Source of the DNA: Phoronis australis
Taxonomy: Eukaryota > Animalia > Phoronida
NCBI GenBank assembly: GCA_002633005.1
Contig: NMRA01000061.1
Location: 773,781 to 837,780, forward strand
DNA length: 64,000 nucleotides
Reading direction: 5' to 3'
The position numbers and the translations under genes were made by a program. This document shows positions 50,215-61,829 of the stretch, piece by piece; within the stretch, counting starts at the first letter, position 1, and the number at the start of each line of letters is the position of its first letter. The notes under the pieces are model-generated. The model saw only the letters and a program-made list of their open reading frames with translations, did no database searches and was not told the DNA's origin.

Positions 50215-51135
50215 TGTTGCTGTGGTAAAAAGTGAATTGCAACCTATATTGAAATGAAATACTTCTTTGTCTTTTTTAATATCTACTTTCAGAATGTTAT
50301 AGGATAACATGTTCAGAATGCATATTACCAGGAAGAGATAACCATGGTTATCTCTTCCTGATATTACAAATAAGCTACATAGGCTTACGAACAAAATGTT
50401 TTGTTTAGGAGCGCTGGTTTATTCTACCAAAAGTATTAGATATATCGACGATAGTTCTTCATTGGCGGGTGTGATAATTTGGAATATAGCGCCTCTGTTG
50501 GAAGTTTTTATTTGTGTGTGTGTGCAAATTGCGGCTAGGTTCCGACTACATTGGTAAATGTGTTTTGCATCTTCTGTAGTTAAAAACAGCATGTGAGTGT
50601 ACCGTTACCTTTGAATGCCGGCCGGGTGGGGACAGAGTATGCTGGCCGAGAGGGGGCGGAGTGGATAAGGGCTAGTGAAAAACAATTCCAGTTTGTTTAA
50701 ATTCTGTTAGAAAAGAGGAAATTCCCATTTGGCGCCAAACACGTTTCTCAAGCTCTACTTATATATAAATCCTTGTACGTATAGCGTCATACGGAAAGAA
50801 CAGAATATTGTCTATTGTATCGAATGAGCGTGAAGCAAGTGGTCTTTTCTCATTCAAAACATGTTCACAAAATTTAATCAAAACAAAGCAGATTCATTGA
50901 CCCTAGTACATGCATCACCTACCTCAAAACTGCCCCCAAACCTGGCCTACCACTAGAATTCAATTAATATCGTGGCACTGCAAAATGGCCGCGTCTCCAA
51001 CTTAACTTTGAGTGCCACCACACATGAGGGCTTCCATATTGGAATAGGGGTTCTGCTCCTAAGTTATCAAGGAGGCAGCATTTATATTAGGAGGGTATAA
51101 AATATGCCTTTTTATGAGCATTGTGAAACTTTTAA

Positions 51136-51499
51136 GAGGCAGTCCATATAAAAACCAGTAGATTTTCAAAAATCAGTCTATACGTCAAAATTTAAAACAA
51201 CTTCATTTTTGTACATGGTTAGGTATCCTAACAAAAAAAAAATTGCCAAATTTTGAGCACTCAATGACCCCTAATTTCGCCGCTGGAGCATGATAACACA
51301 AATTGGCACAATTGGGCATATTAGCCGTCTCAAAAATCGCATGTTTTCAGCAACAAAAATGAGTAACATACAAAATTGATCAAAGGCTATATTTTGGTGG
51401 CTGAAATAACCAACGTATACTATGCATAATTCTGTGCCATTTATTAAAATCTAACAGTTTTGTGCTAGACAGGGGAGATAATCCACAGACCACTTTTTT
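51136..51499 (+). mobile_element. Left end of a second Sola3 copy (truncated)
   Basis: TTAA (51132-51135) + GAGGCAGTCCATATAAAAACCAGTAG; aligns with 17912-~18272 but has a different upstream flank. Confidence 0.82.
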
Positions 51500-52806
51500 G
51501 CTGATACCACTTTGCGTGTCGATGCATATTCGTCTTAGCACAGGGTCAAATAAATTAACCTAGTTTTACTGTCTCAGTTACATGAGTTCACGTCGGTTGT
51601 GCAATACCACTAATTCGAAGGTTGAAGGCAAGCGGTAATAGTAAATATTGGATTATGGACAATGCAACAAGTTTTGAATGAAAAACGTGAAAGTTTTCTT
51701 TACATTTGATCTTTAATTTGACTCGTGACGTTAACAAGATGTATTAGATCGGTTGCATCCCGGTCAATACAACACTGTAGTCATTTTGCAAACGCAGCTA
51801 TTTTAGCAGTCTTCGCCCGCAGTTGATTTCAAGTTGTTTGTGTAACGCCAAACTGCATCTTTTTGCGTTTTTTTAAGTTAGTCACCGGTCTCCTGTCACG
51901 CGCCCATGATGATGGATTAGTGAGTGAGTTCTTACACCGCGAAAAGCTCTCACTCCAGGGATTTTATTTTCCGAATAGTATTGACCCTTGCAGTACAGAC
52001 GCGAAATTCACGGTCCAGTATGCCCTAAACCCACGGACTTCGATGGCTCTAACTTCGAAATCATATTATGGTTACGATTTCCACGAACTAAGACGGTGAC
52101 ATCACCACTGTAGAGGCTACAGCTAAGTAGCCTTGCGCATTCCGTTTTCAGTGTATCGGTGACGTTAAAATCTGGGCTAGCAGTTACATGGATACACGTA
52201 GTCCCCTATCAGTTGGTCGTTCACGTTGTTCCAAAAATAAATATTTTCTGTCACCAACATATTGACANTATACACGTAGTCCCCTATCAGTTGGTCGTTC
52301 ACGTTGTTCCAAAAATAAATATTTTCTGTCACCAACATATTGACAAATTATGCAAAATGAAACAATTGTGAACGGCAAGAATACGTGGTGAAGAGGTATT
52401 TGTCTCTACGCGGCATATGTGCGTGAAACTTTGGTAAAGCGATTGCGATGGCAAAAAATGATAGAAAATACGCAAAGGTGCACTTTTGAGAAGCAAAGCG
52501 TCTGGTGATCTTGATAGCGGGCATGTATGATCTGGCCACCTCAGGTAGTAAGTGACGCTGAATGAGAAGTGGTAACTACATGTTTGGCGCGAAAATAAAA
52601 AAATCATGCTTGTATTGCCAGCCACCCCCTCCCTGAATTTTGCACATTCTAATGAGTCACCACTCGAGATTTGGTTCCGTTTCAGTCCTAAAATCGCATA
52701 ATATTTCTGTGCTCAGCTGTAAGAAAAAACACAATTTTTTGAAACGGTGCTCAGTCTTAATAAAGTTTCCAGCATGAGAGCGCTTTGATCAGAAATGCCA
52801 AGCACA
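51500..52806 (+). mobile_element. Copy D, internal fragment of the Tc1-like TIR element (B subfamily)
   Basis: Aligns with 25718-~26948 and shares B-specific indels (TTGATTTCAAGTTG, AGTAAGTGACGCTG, TTTGATCAGAAATG). The N at 52268 has a ~76-bp duplicated flank. Confidence 0.88.
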
Positions 52807-53020
52807 TGTACTGGTCATGTAGTCAGTTGGTAGCGTGTGTTCTTGTCATGCAGTCAATTGGCAGCGTGTGTTCTTGTCAGGTAATCAGTTGGCAGGGAGT
52901 GTCCTGCTCTAGTAGTCAGTTGGCAGCGTGTGTCCTGGTGATGTAGTCAGTTGAAAGCGTGTGACCGGGTCGTGTTGTCATTTGGTATCGTGTGTCCTGG
53001 TCATGTAATAGGTTGTCAGG
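52807..53020 (+). repeat. 31-bp minisatellite, about 7 diverged units
   Basis: Consensus near CTGGTCATGTAGTCAGTTGGCAGCGTGTGTC, contiguous, with no spacers. Confidence 0.85.
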
Positions 53021-56000
53021 AAGTGCCCTCGTCGTGTACTCCATCACCAGTGCAAATCAGTTTCGGATATTTAGTTGAGAGTAAAGAAGTAAGTAATTTT
53101 TCTCTGTCCATCTTTTGCAACATTTCGCGCAAAGTGATCAAAGTGCAGGAATACGGGAGGATTTATCCTGGACAAGTAGTCACTTGGAAGTGGCTATCTC
53201 GGTTCCGTTGTCAGCTGGTCTTCTTTATTCACCCGCCTATGAAATTTGAATTTGAAGAATCCAAATACGACCTAGAGTATTGCGGCATGAGCAATGGTAA
53301 TTGTTAGAGACAGCCGTAATAAGCATTTGCCACATGGCGACCAAATTATCCACCGCTACTTAGGAGTGTCGCCCTGGGCAGAGCACCACCCCACCCTACA
53401 ATTAAGTAACTTCCATTGCCTCGAGATATCTGTATTCTGTAGGATAACTAATTTGAAATCACAAAGAGCTGTTTTGAGTGAAATAGAAATTTGTGGAATT
53501 CCATTTTTAAAAAAATTCATTTTTCGACAAAGTTATCAAGGCTATGGTTTCGCTTTTTCTTTCATGCCTTCATGAAGAAGACAACAGATTTATTTTCATT
53601 TGTTGTCAGTCAATGGAATGATCATGGTTATGTAACCTTGGACCGCACGCTATTGACGTCTAGAAAAGGGCCATCTGAGCATTGGTGTATGTAAATAATA
53701 CAAAACGTTCTTCCTGAGATTTGGTGCCAACAATATTATCGAAGTAAAATATGATTTTCTTAATGTAACATCGTTGAAAACGTTCTAAATGTCACCAGAA
53801 TGAACAGGCACCGGCGCGGAGATGCTCCGATTCGGAATATGGACAAAATGTAAGTCAGCCCTCGTTGAACAGGTAAACTAACTTTTAGGCATGGTCAGAG
53901 CATCTATTACATTCTTTAATTTATTGCAGACGCTGTACTTACATTCATAAGCCAAATTCTTTTTTGTGTTATTTTTGGAAAAACATCGCCACATTCGTGT
54001 CTGTAATTGTGATAAAACTTCAGGTGGCGCTGTGCGGCTAATCGGATGCGTGACTTCAGCAATTAACCTAAGTCACTTCTCAGTTCCGAGATCGTGTGTA
54101 ACTTACACGCACACGCGTAATATGCGTTGTCGGTGATGTTTTCAATCGACAAAAGGATGGCCAACGAACAGACAGAGGTATTGAAATTGATTTGATATCT
54201 TTATAGCCATCGTTTTACATCACCAAAATTGAGTACGCAAATCCTAGGACGGATGACACGGCACTCCACCAGCGGGAGGGTGGATCACTGTCGACTTTGT
54301 TGGCGGACGATCAGGGAACTATCCAGTGGCGGGGGGTAAACAAAAGATTTCCACATGTTTGCCGTATCACAGACATCTACCGCGTAGTCACTTTTTACTC
54401 TATTTCTAACTACAATTTGCTAAAACGATAACACAGCGAGACATGCAGAACTTACAGCTCGAAACGCAAGTTGCGATATTTTCCTGTTCATAACATTCAT
54501 TCATTTAGCTAAATTAGGGCGGTTAAACAATTGCTTTCCTTATGAAAAAAATGCTGGATCATACCCGGTAATACTCGAAAAAAATATCAAAGCGGAGAAA
54601 GCACTACAATTTTTTTTGCAATTTTTGTGGCGAAATTTGAGTCACTTGTAACGATCGGGTCGGCCATCTTGGACGACAGCGGGATAAGTTACGAGTTTAA
54701 AACTTTTTATAAATTATTTTTACCAAGAATTTACAATGAAATTTCATGAAACATATCTTTACTTACTATTCCGCGCGTTTTAACATTTTTCACCAAATTT
54801 CAGCCTCACAGACATTACTTATTATTGATAAAAGTGCTCACACTTGCCGTTGGCGGCTCGAACAACATGGCGACTTTTGCTGAACTGAAAGGCATGCTCA
54901 ACCGGCTCCTTTGTAGTTTGTGAAGATTAAACGTTGATAATTTTGGCAATCATTGATACAAAAAACCACTTTGTTCAATGTTCACGATTTTGTGTAAAAA
55001 TATAAGGAATATTCTAATTATTTTATTGTGATTTTCCCTTTCAGGTGATTAAACACTGAGCTAAAAAGATATTCGAAAATTTTTGAAATGTTTTTGTTTG
55101 ACAGTTAAAATGCCCTAGCAACTTCTTAAAATTCATGAAAATTACTGGCCTTCGCTGTGCACGATTGCCCTAAAAATAGATAAGAAGTGAAACAAAGACG
55201 CTGGCATAATTTGTTTACTTCGCTGCCTTGAGAACTACGCCGAAGTGACGTCTGGCAGTGGAAAATCCACAGATTTTATCAAACTTCCAGCTCTTTTGCT
55301 CACTTGACTCTTCCTACATGTATTCGTGCATTATTTAGAGGGGGTGAGTTGCTCATAAAACCGGACGATTTTTTTATTTTGTGTTTTTCTTGATTTAGAA
55401 ATTTCCGACTTAATTTTTAAACTTTACAAAAAAACGGGATTTCAAACAACAATTAAAATTATTTGACCTGATTCCAACAAATCAAACTTATTCAAAATTT
55501 AAATATCGTTCACACCCCTTGGTCTATGCTATCCTACTCTGTATGTGAGCATAGACAGCAAAATCGGTCACTTGCTCGTGTCAGTGTCGTCCAATTCACG
55601 TGGTGTGAATTTTGCCTCAAGGACAGAAACAAACGTCCCGTGGAGTACGAAAATGCAGTTGAAGTCCGCGCAAAGATTCGAAATTTGGATTCTGATTGTT
55701 CTGGACCTTCTAGTGTGAAGTTTGTTTGATAGATTAAATTTTCACGCGCGTTAATTATTTTTAAGCTTCGATTTTCTCAGCACGGCCACGGTTTCACGTG
55801 ACTACTGACTGAAATTTCTGAACCGGGGACTTCATGCAAAGGTGAAATTTCACACATCAGAACTTAAGACATTGAAAACGGCCGATCCAAAAGCAAAACA
55901 GCCGTCTCCGACAGCTCTACCTACTTACGTTCCACATTTTCTGTCATTAATTGATTAAAGGAGGATGACGCCCGATTTAACTAGTCTTTTTACCGTCTTA

Positions 56001-57295
56001 ATCGGTCTATATCCACATCGCCTCTCATATGGTCGACCTCACCTTGCCGAAAGGTGTTGCGTTAACCTGTGAGGAAAGTGAGAAGCTACGTAGCGACGTC
56101 AGTAGTTCGTCTGCAGAGTGAATGCCGCTATATTGCGGTGCGTCAGTTCCAAATTGTCAAAGCTATGAAGCTGAGAAGAAAGCGGGTATAGCGTTTTTCG
56201 ACTTCCTCGAGAGTCCGAAATGCTGAGGAAGGGGCTCGTGGTAGAGAAGAATGAAAGGCATGCTTTTAATATTAAGTATGAGGTCGTGAAACATCTCCGT
56301 GTCTGTGGCTGGCATTTCGTCGCCAGTGATTTCTNCGTGACTACTGACTGAAATTTCTGAACCGGGGTCTTCATGCAACGGTGAAATTTCACACATCAGA
56401 ACTTAAGACATTGAAAACGGCCGATCCAAAAGCAAAGCAGCCGTCTCGACAGCTCTACCTAAATTCAAGTGCCCCATTACGTTTGCTCGTCGGCTTTCAT
56501 AGACAAAGGAATTTTGCGAGGTTTCACCTAGGCCGGTCGTACCTGCTCATCTAATTCTATGTGGTATTCCCCAGGAAGCGTCCCGAGGCCGGTAAAAAAG
56601 TCTGAGAATTCTTCCAGAAGGGTATCCAAATCTTCCTGAATTGACTGACGCTTTCGCTCACTGTGATGAGATCATAGTAAACACACAATTTGCCCGATAG
56701 CAAATTGGGGTGTTTGGTATCTAACACCAAGCACTGAAACTCTCGGTCACTCCCATTAATTGTAGAGCGCAGCTTGCAGGCCCCCAACGGTTTTAGTTTT
56801 GTGTTATTGCACACTTCGATGGTATGCGGAGTTGATATCAACGCTGGGCTTTACAATATTTTGTAGTCGGCATAGGCTAGAGTGTTAGTAGTTGCTCTCA
56901 AATCCAATTGGAATTTTAAGCTCGTTTTGCCCTCGCGGCACTGTATAGGTAAGTGCGCAAACCATTTGCGTCCACAACGGGATTGTGAAACGTTAATCAG
57001 GTAGGCTTCCTCATAGGAAGACGCAGCAAAATTTTCTGTGTCTGACTGGAGAAAATTATTCGTCTGATCATTACTTTGTTTTGCGCTGGGGCAAGAGGCG
57101 GCATAGTGGTTACGGCGGTTACAGTTGTGGCACGTTTTACTGTACATGTATGCCGGGCAACGTCGGGGAGCATGATTAGTTGCACAATTGCCACACTTGT
57201 GCCTGCTGAGTTGATGATCATTTCTTAGGTTTTGCATAGGTTTTAAACGCTTTCTTAGGGTTTGCATAGGTTTTAATCGCATTTACAGCTTCGTC

Positions 57296-57844
57296 CTAGC
57301 GGACACTTTTCAGGTCTAAAGCCACGGCCTCATCTGTGCGACATATTCTTAACGCCTGATCCAATGTAATGGCTAACTCTTCAAAAGGATTTCTTCTCGT
57401 TAGTTCATTGTCGATACCTACGTGTAATAACAATGCTTGTAGTATCATGCGGTCGTACATCTCAGAGGGGAGCGCGCAGTCACGCGCTATCGCGTGCAGT
57501 TCAGTTGCGTATTCGTCTATAGACCTAATGCCTTGACGTAAAGTGAGTAATTTATGTGTCTGGGCCACAACGTTTATCCGCGGTTTACAAAACCCTGAAA
57601 GCTTTTCCAGTGCCTTTGCTAGGTCTTCTTTGTCTGTTTCTGCTTCCCATTTGAAAGAGTCAAATATATCATTCCCACATTCACCTATTGTTCTCAGAAG
57701 CAGAGCCACTTTGACTTTGTCCGCTGCATTGTCTCGGTTTGTGGATGTCCAGAAAACTTCGAAATTCCTCCGAAATCTTTTCCATTGTTCCGGCAGGTTT
57801 CCACACTGTTTCAAGGGTTTGGGTGCTGGAAACTTATCCGACAT
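57296..57844 (-). pseudogene. Gypsy gag N-terminal ORF (premature stop before the zinc knuckles)
   Basis: PKPLKQCGNLPEQWKRFRRNFEVF..KVALLLRTIG..FCKPRINV..RQG..SIDEYATEL..ARDC..TLDQALRICR, typical of Mag-like gag. Confidence 0.85.
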
Positions 57845-57845
57845 T

Positions 57846-57862
57846 CCTCACCTGGGGCACCA
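57846..57862 (-). promoter_or_regulatory. Primer-binding site TGGTGCCCCAGGTGAGG
   Basis: Directly follows the LTR-terminal CA; complement CCTCACCTGGGGCACCA resembles a tRNA 3' end (elongator Met or Ile-UAU type; not verified). The gag ATG follows after one base. Confidence 0.7.
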
Positions 57863-58742
57863 TGTAAATTGTCCTTGTGTTAGTGCAGTAGTCGCGACAA
57901 AGTTGTCTGATATGTTCAACCGCTTACTTAAATATAACTGACCACCACTGTGTCAAGAACAGGAAACTGTTTATTGTTGTGCTCCGATGAACAATACAAT
58001 ACGAACATATAATTAGATGTTGACGTTTGGGTTTTTGTCATTGTTAATGTTGATTAAATTTGCATTAGTGCACCACCCGATGCTCTTAACATACTGCAGG
58101 AACCACATCCACTGGTATTACCATTTAAGACAGCGTTTAACTCAACTCCCACTTATTAGTTCAGTATCATGTGGTTTCCTAATTTAATGTTGATTTATCT
58201 AGGTGTGTTATCCGTCGTCCAGTGCAATTGGAAACATAGTAAAATCCAATGTCCATAGAAACGAGGGAACAAAGTTAGAGGGGGAACTCAATGTAATCAT
58301 CACTGAGGTTGCGTGAAAGGCGTGAGTAGGTACATGTTTTGGATTCAGTACGCTTTTTGCGTTTCACTGAGTCGCTGATCGCCATCTTTTATATGTTGAC
58401 AACGGAAAAGGGACCTCATCAGCTTATGGCCACTTTTATGCTTTTACGGCTGTAAATAGCTTATTTATTAGAGTATCATTTAAAAAATAAACAAGAGGAA
58501 ATGTAGCTTAATGCACCGTTTTAAGTGACCAGGTCACTGCTCCTGTTTTCATCTAATATCTGGCAGAAAATGGCCAAATATGGCGGTTTGATATGAAGTC
58601 CCACATACAACGTACAATTCACCTCTGCAGAGCATTTCTCCAATTCATGTGCCACAGGTACTCCAGATAGCTTTATAGGTATTGTTCCGAAATGGTGAAA
58701 TAAGTTTAAGTTTCACACACCACTAAAAATACTCATTGCCGG

Positions 58743-59620
58743 CGAACCTTTACTTTGACATTCCTTTGCAATATTCGATTGTTAAAATATGAACGAAAGT
58801 AGTCCTTGAACAGTTTTCCGTTATTCTTGTCCTAAAAGGTGGTTATCAAAACCAAAATTCAATCGTAAGCCTAATAGCCTGCTAATGTTCTGGCTATGAC
58901 AAACGAAGCTATAAATGCATCTTAATTTTTGTCGAAAACATTTCATGACCGCAGCTGATAGGTTTTCGTCTGAAGTAAGACAGAATAAGTGGATTCTTGT
59001 AGCAAGCTTGCCAATAGTGTCTTGAGTCAGAAAGGTAATCTGGTACCACTTATTGTATGTAAGCAAACGCAAATATCAATTAACACTTACTTGTTTTAGC
59101 TCTCGTCTTTGTGGAACTCTGTTCGAAATAAGATCTCTGGGAACTATTTACATATACAATGTACTCGGTTCCGGGAGTCAGACCAGTACAACGCTTGTTG
59201 GTAACTGTTGGGTCATTTACTATAAAGCTATAGTTGCCGCATACAATTCTGTAGCCGTCTATATTTCCAGGTGCTGAAGACCAACTGACATCAATTGTTG
59301 TCTCATTTTCAACCACACTGATATTAGAAGCTAGTCCCAATTCTGAAAGGGTAGATATATGAACGTATACGCAATGGATTTCTGCTTCCAGCCTACGCCC
59401 ATGTAGGTATTAGTACGAAACGGTAAATTTAGTGTAATTGTCACGCAACACTAAAATATTCATGGACGACGAACCTTTACTTTGACATTGTTTTACAATA
59501 TTCAGTTGCAAAAATATGAACGAAAGTAGTTCTTGAATGGTTTCCACATGCATCTTCGTTTTTGTCAAAGACATTTCATGAACCGCAGCTGATGAGACTT
59601 GGTCTTAAGTAAGAGAGAAA
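58743..59620 (+). repeat. Pair of diverged direct repeats (58743-58988 and 59470-59620) bracketing the FN3 exon
   Basis: Both contain CGAACCTTT(T)ACTTTGACATT...AAAATATGAACGAAAGTAGT.CTTGAA and TGCATCTT..TTTTGTC.AA.ACATTTCATGA..CGCAGCTGAT; the right copy lacks ~100 bp. Confidence 0.75.
59091..59342 (-). CDS. Internal exon encoding one fibronectin type III domain
   Basis: Acceptor cctttcAG (59344-59343), donor A|GTAAGT (59090); 252 bp, phase 1-1, open. TTIDVSWSSAPGNIDGYRIVC..CTGLTPGTEYIVYV; four N-glycosylation sequons (NIS, NET, NYS, NSS). Confidence 0.92.
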
Positions 59621-60659
59621 AATGTCTTGAAAACGACATCAGCTAGAAATTAGACAATAATATCGTGGATGTTTTGCTTAGATTACTTCAATACTCGGAT
59701 TCAACGACATCGGATATCAGGTCAATTATTCACTTAGCAGTTCGACCTAAGTGTAGAGACAATTCATATGGTGGCCTCACACACATGCAAATTTGGCTCC
59801 TTCCAACCCTGGTGTTTGTGATCACATGACCACTTAAGTATTTGAAACAATGTCTTCTTTGGTATATGAAAATTCTTCTCTTTGTCACACGGGATATATT
59901 TTGGTGATCAGTTTCAGAAAAAGCAGTGTCTGGAAGTATCTGACAACTGTGAGCGGTTCCATCTGTATNCTAAGTGTAGAGACAATTCATATGGTGGCCT
60001 CACACACATGCAAATTTGGCTCCTTCAAACCCTGGTGTTTGTGATCGCATGACCACTTAATTATTTGGAACAATGTCTTCTTTGGTATATGAAAATTCTT
60101 CTCTTTGTCACACGGGATATATTTTGATGATCAGTTTCAGAAAAAGCAGTGTCTGGAAGTATCTGACATCTGTGAGCGGTTCCATCTGTATCTAGTGGTA
60201 TAAACTTGCCACAGACCATAGCAGAACCTGCAACCTGATTGGTTTTGGATTAAATAAGTCTATTAGCGACGACAAAGCTACCATTGATACAACCACTAAA
60301 ATAGCATGAATATTGGTTAAGACCCTAGTAGTATTCCCAGTAAGAGACCATATCGGCTGTGGTTTGGTATCCTAGAAAAGAAAGTTTTGTATTGTAAATA
60401 AAAACTGTGAGCGTGCAGTATTACCGGAAATTCTTAGTCGCGGACAGATATACTAGCATTAGTTTCTTGCACTAGCAACAGACCGAACACGACACTGGTT
60501 GTCACACAAGGAAAGCAAAGCAGGTTTGTCGAANGCATATTTTTACAATCATAAAGACATATATTTTGAATACGAGAGAGCTTTATTGATAAGTCTTCAA
60601 GGGCTTTAAGACATTGCGTTAACAAGATTGGGTAACGTGCCGAAGTGCAGCCGGTCATG

Positions 60660-61110
60660 AATAATATACGTGTGCTTACCCTGCATCGTGCTTACGCGCA
60701 GCAGTGGAAAGAAGTGACGCAGATCAATGGCAAGAGGAGCCTACCACTGTTTAAGGATAACGTGATTGACCTGATTCATACCCTGGAGGCAAATCGGAAA
60801 AATCACACAATTGAAGTTATCAAAGAAATCTGTGCAGCGGTTTATCAGTGTTTGCTATTACGCTTTTACTTGCAAAGAATATGATCCAGGCCTTGGAGTT
60901 TGACATAACGCCGTCTCGCCAGTTGCAACCAGGAAAATCCCAGATTTCCAAATATTACAAATTTGCCAAAACAAGGGTGTCCCGTGTGGATGGGCGCAGG
61001 TTGATATAGACCGGCGCTTATACCTTTCGGTGCGACGATAGCTGAAGGCTAGTTCGAGTTAATCACTTTATTAATCTCGGCTGTACGTTCACATGCCTAC
61101 TCAGACAAAA
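60660..61110 (+). pseudogene. Possible piggyBac transposase relic
   Basis: RVLTLHRAY (cf. xTxDxxY), HTLEANRK (cf. GTxxxNR), KYYKFAKTRVSRVD..AYTFRC..FINLGC (cf. YNxxKGGVDxxD..YT..R). Very degenerate. Confidence 0.3.
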
Positions 61111-61829
61111 CCTCCGACGTGATGTCTGCTTAAAGCCCCAACTTGTGTAGCAAATCCTTAAATTGTGATGAACTTCTAAGACATATTAGGCAACTGTTAG
61201 ACTCACTGATTCAATGACCTGCTGTCTCTATAGCTGGCTCTCTATTGTCTACTGCTGTAACCGCTGATTTTCTTCAGTGCAACTGTAGCCCTCTTGTAAC
61301 TAACTTTAACTGACTTTCAGTTCTTAACTCACCTTTTAACTCCATCTTTGGTATTAAGACTCATGCAATGTTTTAGAGCTTTTACCCATTCAAGTACATT
61401 CTACAAATAGCCTTCCAGAATCCACCCAATACTTCTGCCAACATTTACTAGTTCCAGAAATTATCACTCACATGCGTGATTCTTCTAGAACATTTCACGC
61501 TATTCTTTGGTAACTAGATTATATCTTCATCGTTAGAACCTCGGGGTTTATTCCAACCAATAACTATCTGCTAAAACAATAGAACAAAATAAAAAAAACA
61601 ACAGTGTCAGTCCACTTCTTAAAGTGTTCCCTAACGTGCAAGCTCCGCCTGTCGACTTAAGCACTGACGTTACATTTTCCCGGGATATCCTGCACATGGA
61701 ATTTATAATTGTAGAGCGCTATAGCCCATCGCATAACTAAGGGACTTTCAATCTTACAATATTGAATATATATCAATGGTTTGTGGTTTGTCCGTACCAC
61801 GAATTCTGTACCGTAGGAGTCAAACTGGA

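Larger units (their letters stand above)
56461..58007 (-). mobile_element. Decayed Ty3/Gypsy retrotransposon: short 5' LTR, PBS, gag, PR, start of RT
   Basis: LTR-like segment with AATAAA ending ...TTTACA at 57863 (start at 58007 is tentative). Knuckles CGNCATNHAPRRCPA..TCHNCNRRNHYAASC; PR KFQLDLRATTNTL; LPGEYH..LDEQVRP..KPRKIPLS. A 30-bp tandem duplication lies at 57221-57280. Confidence 0.85.

Noticed and set aside
2220-52806. Ancient ~30-35-kb tandem segmental duplication, suggested by the repeated order and orientation A-R2-Sola3-B versus C-R2-Sola3-D
   Set aside because: Insertion flanks differ (A vs C right flanks; Sola3 left flanks AAATGAC-TTAA vs AAACTT-TTAA), and I saw no duplicated unique sequence or second WSC exon. 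Independent insertions fit better.
52807-53020. CRISPR-like array
   Set aside because: Contiguous degenerate 31-bp units with no unique spacers, no cas genes and a eukaryotic context.
53050-56330. Further transposon-like non-coding sequence
   Set aside because: It has TE-like motifs but no termini, TSD, second copy or coding relic I can support.
59748-60190. Biological ~220-bp tandem duplication (also 55797-55924 vs 56336-56461 and 52192-52344)
   Set aside because: Each abuts an N join; best explained as contig overlap or allelic redundancy.
61196-61625. 3' LTR and polypurine tract of the Gmr1-like element
   Set aside because: Position and composition are suggestive, but there is no second LTR in the window and the termini and PPT are not clean enough to call.
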